Source of the DNA: Candidatus Magasanikiibacteriota bacterium
GTDB taxonomy: Bacteria; Patescibacteriota; Patescibacteriia; Magasanikbacterales; UBA922
Direction: 5' to 3'
DNA: 64,000 nucleotides
NCBI GenBank assembly: GCA_049287025.1
Contig: JBAQFA010000005.1
Location: 1,671-65,670 of the forward strand
The notes below the pieces were generated by a model, which was given only the letters and a program-made list of their open reading frames with translations, was not told where the DNA came from and did not search any database. The position numbers were made by a program, and so were the translations under genes. This document shows positions 44,955-53,255 of the stretch, piece after piece. Each line of letters begins with the position of its first letter. Position 1 is the first letter of the stretch.

Positions 44955-45950
44955 ATGAACAAGAGTAAAAACAAAATTTATATTTTTGATTATTCACCAG
45001 AAGCTTTGGTAGAAAAAGAAGTCAAGACCATAGAAGAGTGTATTACTTACAAAGAATCACCTTCGGTCACTTGGGTAAATATTGATAAAGTGCCACCAGT
45101 TGATGATTTGGAACGTTTGAAAAAAGTTTTTAGTATTCACCCAGTAGTAGTAGATGATATTTTAAATATTAATCAAAGACCAAAGATTGAAATTTTGGAT
45201 GATTATATCTATGTAGTTTTAAAAATGCTGACTCTGAATAATAGTAGTAAAAAAGTAGAAAGTGAACAGGTGAGTATAGTAATTGCCAAAGATTTTGTTT
45301 TGACTTTTCAACAGGATATTGAAGGTGATACGTTTGCGAGTGTGAGAGACAGAATAAGAAATAAAACAAATAAAATAAGAGGCATGGGTACAGATTATTT
45401 GGCTTATAAGTTAATTGATTCAGTCGTGGACAATTATTTTAATGTATTGGAAGATTTTTCTGATCGTTTAGAAAAAATTGAACACCAGTTGATTAATAAT
45501 CCTAATAATAGCACTTTACAGGAAATGTATAATTTGAAAAGAGAAGTAATAAATTTACGTCGTTCAGTCTGGCCTTTGCGTGAAGTGATTTCGGCTTTGG
45601 AGCGTGATGATACTGCTTTGGTAAAAGATAATACTAGGATTTATTTGCGCGATGTGTATGACCATGTAATACAAATTATTGATACCATAGAAACTTATCG
45701 GGAAATGTTGTCAGGTATGGTGGATATTTATTTGTCTAGTGTGAGTAATAAAATGAACGCGGTCATGAAAGTTCTCACAATTATTGCTACGATTTTTATG
45801 CCTCTTACTTTTTTGGCGGGTGTATATGGGATGAATTTTAAACATATGCCAGAATTGAATTGGGTGTGGGGTTATCCTATGACTTGGTTGGTCATGATCA
45901 TAATAACAATTATAATGTTAGTTTTTTTTAAGAGAAAGAAATGGCTGTAA
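44955..45950 (+). CDS. corA: Magnesium/cobalt transporter CorA
   Basis: GVYGMNF signature before the two C-terminal TM helices, 331 aa. Confidence 0.9.
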   Translation: MNKSKNKIYIFDYSPEALVEKEVKTIEECITYKESPSVTWVNIDKVPPVDDLERLKKVFSIHPVVVDDILNINQRPKIEILDDYIYVVLKMLTLNNSSKKVESEQVSIVIAKDFVLTFQQDIEGDTFASVRDRIRNKTNKIRGMGTDYLAYKLIDSVVDNYFNVLEDFSDRLEKIEHQLINNPNNSTLQEMYNLKREVINLRRSVWPLREVISALERDDTALVKDNTRIYLRDVYDHVIQIIDTIETYREMLSGMVDIYLSSVSNKMNAVMKVLTIIATIFMPLTFLAGVYGMNFKHMPELNWVWGYPMTWLVMIIITIIMLVFFKRKKWL

Positions 45951-46015
45951 ATTAAGCTCAAAATAAAAAATCCAAATGACAATTCAAATACAAAATTAAT
46001 TGAAAATTGTAAACT

Positions 46016-46885
46016 ATGGTTAAGGTTGCTTGGTTTGGTATACACACTGGTGAAGAACCGCCTTTAATCCCTGCTGGGGGGATTTTTTTTACTGGGTGTA
46101 ATTTGCGGTGTGTGTTTTGTCAGAATTATCAAATTTCTCAAGAAAATTTGGGAAAATTTTACAGTATAGAAGAATTAGCCAACATAATGCTTGATTTGCA
46201 AACCCAGGGTGCGGTGAATATTGATTTAGTGACGCCGACGATTTGGTGGAAGCAAATTAAACCGGCCATAATTTTGGCGCGTGAAAGGGGACTAACTCTA
46301 TCAATCGTTTGGAATTCAAATGGCTTTGATAGCTTAGAAATTTTACAGGAGATGAAAGGTTTGGTAGATATTTATTTACCAGATTTTAAATACAGTGATG
46401 ATGAAATTGCTTTTAAATATTCTGGTATAAAAAATTATGTTGAGACTACTAAATTAGCAATCAAAGAAATGTTGGATCAAGTTAATTATTTACAAATTGA
46501 AAATGGTATTGCGACTAGGCCCGCCCGCCACGCAAGCCAGCCCCGCCTATCACAGCCTGGCACTGGCGAGCAGGTTGCTGGCGTTGCGGGCAGGGGATTA
46601 ATTGTTCGTCATATGGTTTTGCCCAATAATTTGGCTAATAGTTTTGGTGTATTGCAAATGTTATCGGAGATCGATAATAAAATTCATGTTAGTCTCATGA
46701 ACCAATATTTTCCTATGCATCATGCGAATGAATATCCAGAAATAAATAGAATTGTGAGCGATGTTGAATTTAATCAAGTTTATGATTATTTGCAAGAACT
46801 TGGATTTACAAATGGCTGGGTACAGGGTGAAAAGAGTCAACAATTTTTAATTCCAGATTTTAGAAAAGAAGAGCCATTTAATTGA
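46016..46885 (+). CDS. Radical SAM protein (PflA-like / AmmeMemoRadiSam-type activating enzyme)
   Basis: GCNLRCVFCQNYQIS CxxxCxxC cluster in the PflA-like context. Carries a GC-rich in-frame insertion at 46516-46600. Confidence 0.7.
   Translation: MVKVAWFGIHTGEEPPLIPAGGIFFTGCNLRCVFCQNYQISQENLGKFYSIEELANIMLDLQTQGAVNIDLVTPTIWWKQIKPAIILARERGLTLSIVWNSNGFDSLEILQEMKGLVDIYLPDFKYSDDEIAFKYSGIKNYVETTKLAIKEMLDQVNYLQIENGIATRPARHASQPRLSQPGTGEQVAGVAGRGLIVRHMVLPNNLANSFGVLQMLSEIDNKIHVSLMNQYFPMHHANEYPEINRIVSDVEFNQVYDYLQELGFTNGWVQGEKSQQFLIPDFRKEEPFN
46516..46600. repeat. GC-rich inverted-repeat insertion, in-frame in the radical SAM gene
   Basis: GGCCCGCCCGCCACGCAAGCC ... GGCGTTGCGGGCAGGGG arms (GCCCGCCACGC / GCGTTGCGGGC). 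Encodes RPARHASQPRLSQPGTGEQVAGVAGRG. ~70% GC. Confidence 0.5.
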
Positions 46886-46892
46886 ATTTTTT

Positions 46893-48155
46893 ATGGAACA
46901 ATACGATGTCATAATTATTGGCGCGGGATTTTCTGGTCTTACTTTAGCTCATCATCTACCGCATGATTTGCGGGTTTTGGTTTTGGATAGAAAACAAGCC
47001 TTGAATAGTGTGATGGAAACTACTGGCTTAATCACCCAAGCGACAAAGGATCTAATTAGCGAATTTGTAGATATAGAAAATTATTTGCCCAATCATATTG
47101 ATACGATTGGTGTGGTGTCGCCAGATTATGATAAATATTTTTTTTCTCACACCACAGATCCTTGGATTTATTCGACTGACACACCAGAATTGGTAAAACA
47201 TTTAGCCGATGCAGTACCAAATAATGTAGACATAAAAATTGGTCAGACTCTAGTTGATTATAAGATTGATAATAGTTCTGAATATCCAGTTCTGGTAGAG
47301 TATGCAAATAATGGAACAAAAAGTTTATCCCAGACAAAATTTTTAGTGGGGGCAGATGGGGGTAATTCCACAGTGGCAAAATTAAATGATAAATTATCAA
47401 AAAATACTAAATTTTTAATTGGTTTTGAAAAAGTGTTTTTTGGCGATATAACTTTTGGTCCGAAGCCTAATAGTACAGTTTATCATTTTTGGTTTGGGGA
47501 ATTTTCACTTGGTTATGGCGGGTGGTTGTCGCCAACTGTGATTGATAATAAATCAGCTTTTCGGCTTGGTCTAGCTAAATTGGAAAAAGACAAGGCTAAT
47601 TTAAAAAAGCTGGATGATTTTATAAATATTTTACAGGAAAAAAAGATTATAAAAATTGATTCAGAAAATATTCAGCCAGTAATTTCTTTTGGTAATAAAA
47701 TTCCGATTGGCGGAGTTTTGCCAAATTTAACAGCTGACAGAGTAATGTTAATAGGGGATGCGGGTGGTTTTTGTGGAGCGTTTGCGGCCGATGGTATCAA
47801 GGGGGCAGTCTTGTCAGGAAAAACTAGCGCCAAATTAATCACAAAATATTTGCAAGGGGATAAAGATTGTTTAAAATCTTATATTTCAGAAATGCAAAAA
47901 AATAATAAAATTATTTATTATTACAGAAAACAATTACTTTATAGATGGTTATGGAATCTAATGAAAACTAATAATAGTTTTATGAATTTGTATCGATTGA
48001 TTGAAAGACAAAAAGATGATTTTCTTAATCAATTTTGTGATAGCAAGGACAAAAGAAAAAGTTTGTTTCGCGTGCTTTTAAAATTTAAAAACATACCTTT
48101 GTTATTTAGGTATGCTTTTTCATTGTTGTTTGATTTGTTTAGACCAAGGCCTTAA
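46893..48155 (+). CDS. FAD-dependent oxidoreductase (geranylgeranyl reductase-like family)
   Basis: YDVIIIGAGFSGLTLA dinucleotide-binding motif, GADG and GDAGG motifs, 420 aa. Confidence 0.8.
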   Translation: MEQYDVIIIGAGFSGLTLAHHLPHDLRVLVLDRKQALNSVMETTGLITQATKDLISEFVDIENYLPNHIDTIGVVSPDYDKYFFSHTTDPWIYSTDTPELVKHLADAVPNNVDIKIGQTLVDYKIDNSSEYPVLVEYANNGTKSLSQTKFLVGADGGNSTVAKLNDKLSKNTKFLIGFEKVFFGDITFGPKPNSTVYHFWFGEFSLGYGGWLSPTVIDNKSAFRLGLAKLEKDKANLKKLDDFINILQEKKIIKIDSENIQPVISFGNKIPIGGVLPNLTADRVMLIGDAGGFCGAFAADGIKGAVLSGKTSAKLITKYLQGDKDCLKSYISEMQKNNKIIYYYRKQLLYRWLWNLMKTNNSFMNLYRLIERQKDDFLNQFCDSKDKRKSLFRVLLKFKNIPLLFRYAFSLLFDLFRPRP

Positions 48156-49005
48156 GTCTTCTTATAAAAATTTCTTTAGCTTTCTTCGCATATTCCTGCA
48201 TTTGTGGTTCTGACCAGTTTTGTTCTAATAGATTTTTATTTGGATCAGTAATAGTGATTGTTTCTTGTCTCACGCCGTGGTTATAAAGACCATCAGTAGG
48301 ATATTGAAATGAATGGGTGTATTCAATCACAATTCCGAACCCCGAGGGTGAGGAATCCCTTTTTTGTGTATTAAAAGTTGTATTACTATTTACATTGTTT
48401 GAAGAGTTGGAAAGGGATCCACCCTTACGGGTATCTTCGACCTCGTTGCGACTCGGGATTACCGAAGAAACCAATAATACATGATTATAATCTTGTTTTG
48501 GACCAGCACCCATCATAACAATTAGATCTCCAGGCTGGATATCTTTTAGATTTATTTCTTTAGAATTTATATTATTATTAAAAGTGGAGACACCAGTATT
48601 TTCGGCTGATCTAAATTGAGAAATTAATTTGCGAATGGGATTTTTTATCCATGGCCGGTGAATATATTTTTTTAGTCCGCCTAAATTTCTGGCTTTCAAT
48701 TCTGTATCTAATACATGATAAATTAGACCAGAACAATCAATCCCTAGATTGTGTTCAATTAAAAATTTTTTTATTTGTTCGGCATTTAATTCGGCTAGTT
48801 TTATTTTTTCGCGTAAAGAAAAGATCGTGGCTTCTTCCGCAATATCTTCTGGGCTACCTTTGCCAATCAAGACGCGCAAAGCTCCACGAATATTTTTTCT
48901 CCGATTATTAAAATAGGGAGTAGTTATGTTTTTTTCTCCTATTTTGAGATTAAGGTATTGATCAATAACTTTTTGTGCTTGTGAGGATAATTGTTCCATT
49001 GTCAT
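48139..49005 (-). CDS. NlpC/P60-like (papain-fold C40 peptidase/amidase-like) cytoplasmic protein
   Basis: LGIDCSGLIYHVL resembles the catalytic Cys motif DCSGLV of C40 peptidases, with downstream His. No signal peptide. Carries the palindromic element at 48333-48468 in-frame. Confidence 0.5.
   Translation of the reverse strand: MTMEQLSSQAQKVIDQYLNLKIGEKNITTPYFNNRRKNIRGALRVLIGKGSPEDIAEEATIFSLREKIKLAELNAEQIKKFLIEHNLGIDCSGLIYHVLDTELKARNLGGLKKYIHRPWIKNPIRKLISQFRSAENTGVSTFNNNINSKEINLKDIQPGDLIVMMGAGPKQDYNHVLLVSSVIPSRNEVEDTRKGGSLSNSSNNVNSNTTFNTQKRDSSPSGFGIVIEYTHSFQYPTDGLYNHGVRQETITITDPNKNLLEQNWSEPQMQEYAKKAKEIFIRRLKALV
48333..48468. repeat. Palindromic miniature element copy inserted in-frame in the NlpC/P60-like gene
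   Basis: TTCCGAACCCCGAGGGTGAGGAATCCCTTTTTT-(AT-rich core)-GGAAAGGGATCCACCCTTACGGGTATCTTCGACCTCGTTGCGACTCGGGATTACCGAAG. Encodes GGSLSNSSNNVNSNTTFNTQKRDSSPSGFG. Confidence 0.65.
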
Positions 49006-49009
49006 ATTG

Positions 49010-50962
49010 TTATTTGTTTGATGTTTTATTCAAAATTTTTTCTGTCAGACCTTTTGGTAATAATGTTATGTTTGGCAATTCTTTTAGATCTACCCAGACT
49101 AGCTTGTAAGAATTATTAGTAGTGCTTCTCTCTCTTTCTTCGTCACCTAGCTTTGGTTCACCAGAAATATTCTCCGCAAAATAATAATATTCGTCACGGC
49201 CATTAATATTAAAACAAAGTGGTATTTGTTCAGGAATAGTAAAATCAAGATCAGTTTCTTCTTTGCCTTCACGTTTGGCTGTGGCTAATATATTTTCATC
49301 AAAATCTTCTTTGGTTCCACCAGGTGGAGTGAAAAAATGCTGGGAAAATTTTTGTCTTTCTATTAATAAAATTTTGCCGTCTTTAATAGGTAAAATAGCA
49401 CCTCGGGGCAAGTCCCAACCCACACCTTTTTGGGTGACAGTAATAAAGTCAATTATTTTTAAACCATTGAGACTTAATTTATTATGCGCTTCCATAATAG
49501 GATAAAGAGTTTGCGTGCGCATCAGGTCAGCATTTGGTTTGGTATTATTGTATTTTATAATATTGAAATCAGGTCGTTTGTTGTATTTTGGTTCGTGAAG
49601 TGAAGGAATTTCTTTGGTAACTCGTTGAATAATTTGCGCGCCATCTTGGATTTTGATTAATGTTTGATTTTCCAAATTTATATCTAATAACGCCATGAGG
49701 TGGGATTCGAATGTGGTTATTTGGTTTGTCATCCCGAATCCCCCGACGAAGGGGGTGAGGGATCCCTTGTCTTTGGATTTAAACATTGTATTATTACTAA
49801 TTCCATTGTTTAATGTTTGGGAAAGGGATCCCCTCCTCGGAGGATCTTCGACCTCGCCCTGTGTCGGGCTCGGGATGACAAGTGATTGAAGTTGTGATTC
49901 GTAAGTCGTTGATGCTGGTTGTCTGGCATTAATTTCAATTAAATATAGTTTGCCATTTTTTCCCGCCTTCGCTGAAGCTTCGGCGGACAAGTCATCAACC
50001 ACAACATCAACTCCAAACAAACCTTTCCAACCTTGTGATCTTAATTTTTCGCCAATATCATTTACAATTTTGTTGTATTGTTTTATTTGATCTTCATTTA
50101 AATATTTATTAGCAAATGACCAATCATTGCCAATGGTAGTAAATTTATTATCAGTAAAAGGTTTGAGTCCAGTAATTTGATAGCTAATATTACCAACTAA
50201 AATTTTATTTTTTGTGACGACATTGTTGCTAGTAAACATTGGTCCAGAAATATATTCCGTGATTCTAACTGGGCGATCGGGAAATTTTTCTTTAATCTCA
50301 TCCAGCTGACTCTCTGATTCAATCAAAATAGTGCCAAGGCCAGTATGAGCGCGGTTGAATTGGATAATAAAAGGCTTACAAAGCTCACGAGGCTTGCTAC
50401 CTGCCTGCGCAGGCAGGGGCTCACAAGGCCAAACGATATTTTTACATAAATCAACTCTGTGTTTAGGTAAATATTTTTGTAATTCCCCAAGCCATTCTAG
50501 TCCAGAGATTTTTTCTTCTATTTTGTTTGACAGTTCGGCTGGTGGGTTGAGTAGTTTCCAATTATTTTCCTGACAGATTTTTTCTATTTGAGTGGTGGGT
50601 TTGAAGACTACCACGGTAAGTTCATTCCGATCCGCCGATGAGGTGGAGAGGAATCTTTCGGAGTTATTTGTTGTTGTGGTATGATTGTCTTTTGTAATTT
50701 GTTTGTAAAAGGCTTCGAAAGATCCCTCGTCAGTCAGTCGTCTGACTTCCTCGGGATGAACCAACAATTCTAACAATTCCCAAGTATCCAGCTGTTCATT
50801 ACTTTCAATCAAAAGGACATTATCATATCCTTCAGCTACAGACTTGGCAAAAGGCGTAGAATTTGAGATAATATGATAACCTGGGGTATTTAAATTCAGC
50901 CCTAAAGCCCGCTCAATATCGCGGGTGACGTAAATGATTGGGTTTTGGGTTAGATCTATCAT
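49010..50962 (-). CDS. ATP-grasp (RimK-like) ligase fused to a C-terminal NUDIX hydrolase domain
   Basis: ATP-grasp blocks PFIIQFNRAHTGLGTILI and GLFGVDVVVDD...GKLYLIEINARQPAS. C-terminal Nudix box GGTKEDFDENILATAKREGKEETDL. The likely start is MIDLTQNP at 50962, since the track ORF to 51049 overlaps the divergent gene. Carries three in-frame palindromic insertions. Confidence 0.7.
   Translation of the reverse strand: MIDLTQNPIIYVTRDIERALGLNLNTPGYHIISNSTPFAKSVAEGYDNVLLIESNEQLDTWELLELLVHPEEVRRLTDEGSFEAFYKQITKDNHTTTTNNSERFLSTSSADRNELTVVVFKPTTQIEKICQENNWKLLNPPAELSNKIEEKISGLEWLGELQKYLPKHRVDLCKNIVWPCEPLPAQAGSKPRELCKPFIIQFNRAHTGLGTILIESESQLDEIKEKFPDRPVRITEYISGPMFTSNNVVTKNKILVGNISYQITGLKPFTDNKFTTIGNDWSFANKYLNEDQIKQYNKIVNDIGEKLRSQGWKGLFGVDVVVDDLSAEASAKAGKNGKLYLIEINARQPASTTYESQLQSLVIPSPTQGEVEDPPRRGSLSQTLNNGISNNTMFKSKDKGSLTPFVGGFGMTNQITTFESHLMALLDINLENQTLIKIQDGAQIIQRVTKEIPSLHEPKYNKRPDFNIIKYNNTKPNADLMRTQTLYPIMEAHNKLSLNGLKIIDFITVTQKGVGWDLPRGAILPIKDGKILLIERQKFSQHFFTPPGGTKEDFDENILATAKREGKEETDLDFTIPEQIPLCFNINGRDEYYYFAENISGEPKLGDEERERSTTNNSYKLVWVDLKELPNITLLPKGLTEKILNKTSNK
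49728..49879. repeat. Palindromic miniature element, best-preserved copy with perfect 10-bp outer inverted repeats, in-frame in the ATP-grasp-NUDIX gene
   Basis: GTCATCCCGAATCCCCCGACGAAGGGGGTGAGGGATCCC-(AT-rich core)-GGGAAAGGGATCCCCTCCTCGGAGGATCTTCGACCTCGCCCTGTGTCGGGCTCGGGATGAC. Encodes EVEDPPRRGSLSQTLNNGISNNTMFKSKDKGSLTPFVGGFG. Confidence 0.7.
50388..50440. repeat. Short GC palindrome (CCTGCCTGC|GCAGGCAGG) inserted in-frame in the ATP-grasp-NUDIX gene
   Basis: GCTCACGAGGCTTGCTACCTGCCTGCGCAGGCAGGGGCTCACAAGGCC. Encodes LPAQAGSKPREL. The core is shared with the 35658-35680 palindrome. Confidence 0.5.
50626..50758. repeat. Palindromic miniature element copy inserted in-frame near the 5' end of the ATP-grasp-NUDIX gene
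   Basis: TCCGATCCGCCGATGAGGTGGAGAGGAATCTTTCGG-(AT-rich core)-CGAAAGATCCCTCGTCAGTCAGTCGTCTGACTTCCTCGGGATGAA. Confidence 0.6.
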
Positions 50963-50994
50963 AGTGAGGGTAATTATACTTAAAAAAATAGTTT

Positions 50995-53250
50995 TTGACA
51001 AGCAATATGGACAGTATGGATTTGAAAAAACACGATAGAGTTGATTCATATCAAATTGAGTTAGAATTAGCTTTTTCTGTTTGGTATCAGGGAGTAAAAA
51101 CTGGACGTAAAGATTTTGGAGTAGGCTGGCTAAAGAAAAATGGATTTAATAATCTTGCTGTCTGGTGTGAAGAAAATAGTGAACAGTTTGTTGAATGGAA
51201 AGTCTTAAGAGAGCTAAAAGAGGCTTTTTTGGTTTGGCATTCTTTGCCAGAAGCAGGCCGTGGTAATTTTAATGCGACTTGGTTGCAACAAAATGGATTT
51301 TCTCGTGTAGATAAAGGGCTGCGCAAGTTAGATGGTGTTGAAGTTGTCCAAAAAAGTGATTCAGCGGAATTAAGAAAAGCTTACACTGTCGACAAGGTTG
51401 ACTGGACAGAGGAATCAGCCGTAAAAAAAATGGATGAAATGTATGAAGTTTTTTTGAAGGAAAAAGATAATAAATTTGATAAAAAAGGAAAACCAATACG
51501 CTTCAATAGATATTGGCTTAAATCAAAAGGTTTACCATCATTGGTAAGGTGGGCAAATACGCAGCCGGGTGGTTTGGAAGTATTGAACACCAAGTGTAGA
51601 AACAAAGAAGTTGCTAATTTATTTGAAAGAAGTAGGACGGAGTGGAATGAGACTTTGGCAGTTGCTGATTTAGAAGTTGCTTATAAAGAATGGCTGGACG
51701 AGCCGGCGGATACGCGAGGCAATTTTAATCAAAAAAGGATACAAAGAAAACATTCAGGACTGACAAGTTGGGTCTGGGATAATGGCGGAATTGATAAGTA
51801 TGTTGCTTTATCAAAAAATGATTCTTTAAGGGCTGCATTTTCAAAAGATAGAATATTTTGGGATGATAAAAGAGTTTTAGCTGAATTAGATAAAGCCTTT
51901 GAAAAATGGAAGTCGGTTGTAGAGGTGGATGGTAGAACTGGTAAACAAAGGAAATTTAGTGCTTTTTGGATTCGAGATAATTATAATCAAGGTTTAAGCA
52001 GATGGATTAGTATGCACAGTGGATTGAATCATTGTGTTGCTTTAAGTACTAATCAAGAATTAAGAAAATATTTAAATTTAGATAACCAAGTTGTCACAAC
52101 TGTGACTGTTGAAGGCTTGGTAGATAAACCAGAAGAGGTTGAAGAAAAAACCAATGAACCAGGAGAAATTCATGTTGGAGTTTTTCCTAGTGAAATGATT
52201 GATCTTTCGGGTATTGGTTCCAATTTACTTCCTCAAATAAGGGTTGCGAGTCTTCAGGAAAGGGAAGATAGAGGATCAACAGATGTTGATTTGTCACAAA
52301 TGACAGCTGATCCAAATCCGTTACAGAAATTACGTTTTGATATGGCTACAGCCAGACAAAGTGGTGTCTGGGATGATGAATTAATAAAAAGATATATAGA
52401 ATTGCATTCTTATTTGCCAGATTTTATTTTTCACGGTCTTAGCGTAGAACATATTGTGGAATTAGCCACAGCTGGCAAGATAAAAACCCCAAAGGCTGTT
52501 TTGTCCGTCGGTGGAGGGGCTTATGGGGAATTAATAGCTTGGCAAAGAAAATTAAAAGCAGAGGCGCCAATGGTTTTTAATTTGGACAGTTCTGCATTAA
52601 TGTTGGAAATGGCTAAGCCTGTTTTATCCGAGAAATATAGTATTCAGCAAAACGATTTTAATGGCGTGGTAGGTGATATGAGAAATTTTAAGGGTGATTA
52701 TTTGAGTAATTTTAAACAGGGTGATTTTGATTTAATAGAATGTTCAGCGTTAGACAATTTAACTGAAGCACAATTGCCAAAATTTGTTGAAGAAATAGTT
52801 GATGTTTTACAAAATGGACAAATGGTACAGTTGATTGCCAGAAAGCCAATACCAAATGCTGTTTGGCACATTTTGGAAACTATGGGTTGTGTGATACTAA
52901 CTCCACCAAATGCCAAATTAGATGCAGATCTTAGCGGTGTAGTAGGTGGGGATGTAAAAAAGAGAATTAAACAAAAGTTGCGAGATGGGGGCGGGTTTTA
53001 TTTATTGGCGCAAAAATTTGAAAAAACAATTAATCCAGATGATAATAAGAAAAGGTTTTTAGATCAATTATCGCAAGCACAAGATATGGAGACCGGAGAT
53101 CTTGGTTTGTTATTATTAGATTTAGCAAAATTGTATCCAAATTATGGCGATATTCCAGAGGAAGAATTGGCAAGAGTTGGATTTCGGCGAGAAATTATTA
53201 AAGTGAATAAAAAAGGTGCAAGTAACATAGTACGAATTGTCAAAGTTTAA
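50995..53250 (+). CDS. Large hypothetical protein with five or more ~50-aa N-terminal tandem repeats and a C-terminal class I methyltransferase-like region
   Basis: Repeats of the form hxxAhxxW...G[RK]xxF...xWL..NGF...L..W. The C-terminal region has VLSVGGGAYG (motif I-like), NLDSS and DLIECSALDNL. 751 aa. Confidence 0.55.
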   Translation: MTSNMDSMDLKKHDRVDSYQIELELAFSVWYQGVKTGRKDFGVGWLKKNGFNNLAVWCEENSEQFVEWKVLRELKEAFLVWHSLPEAGRGNFNATWLQQNGFSRVDKGLRKLDGVEVVQKSDSAELRKAYTVDKVDWTEESAVKKMDEMYEVFLKEKDNKFDKKGKPIRFNRYWLKSKGLPSLVRWANTQPGGLEVLNTKCRNKEVANLFERSRTEWNETLAVADLEVAYKEWLDEPADTRGNFNQKRIQRKHSGLTSWVWDNGGIDKYVALSKNDSLRAAFSKDRIFWDDKRVLAELDKAFEKWKSVVEVDGRTGKQRKFSAFWIRDNYNQGLSRWISMHSGLNHCVALSTNQELRKYLNLDNQVVTTVTVEGLVDKPEEVEEKTNEPGEIHVGVFPSEMIDLSGIGSNLLPQIRVASLQEREDRGSTDVDLSQMTADPNPLQKLRFDMATARQSGVWDDELIKRYIELHSYLPDFIFHGLSVEHIVELATAGKIKTPKAVLSVGGGAYGELIAWQRKLKAEAPMVFNLDSSALMLEMAKPVLSEKYSIQQNDFNGVVGDMRNFKGDYLSNFKQGDFDLIECSALDNLTEAQLPKFVEEIVDVLQNGQMVQLIARKPIPNAVWHILETMGCVILTPPNAKLDADLSGVVGGDVKKRIKQKLRDGGGFYLLAQKFEKTINPDDNKKRFLDQLSQAQDMETGDLGLLLLDLAKLYPNYGDIPEEELARVGFRREIIKVNKKGASNIVRIVKV

Positions 53251-53255
53251 TATTT

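Noticed and set aside
50963-51049. The track ORF for the ATP-grasp-NUDIX gene extends to 51049 and overlaps the divergent 50995-53250 gene.
   Set aside because: The overlapping N-terminal extension (MNQLYRVFSNPYCPYCLSKTIFLSIITLT) is probably not translated. The start at the ATG at 50962 (MIDLTQNP) removes the overlap and leaves a ~30-bp divergent spacer.
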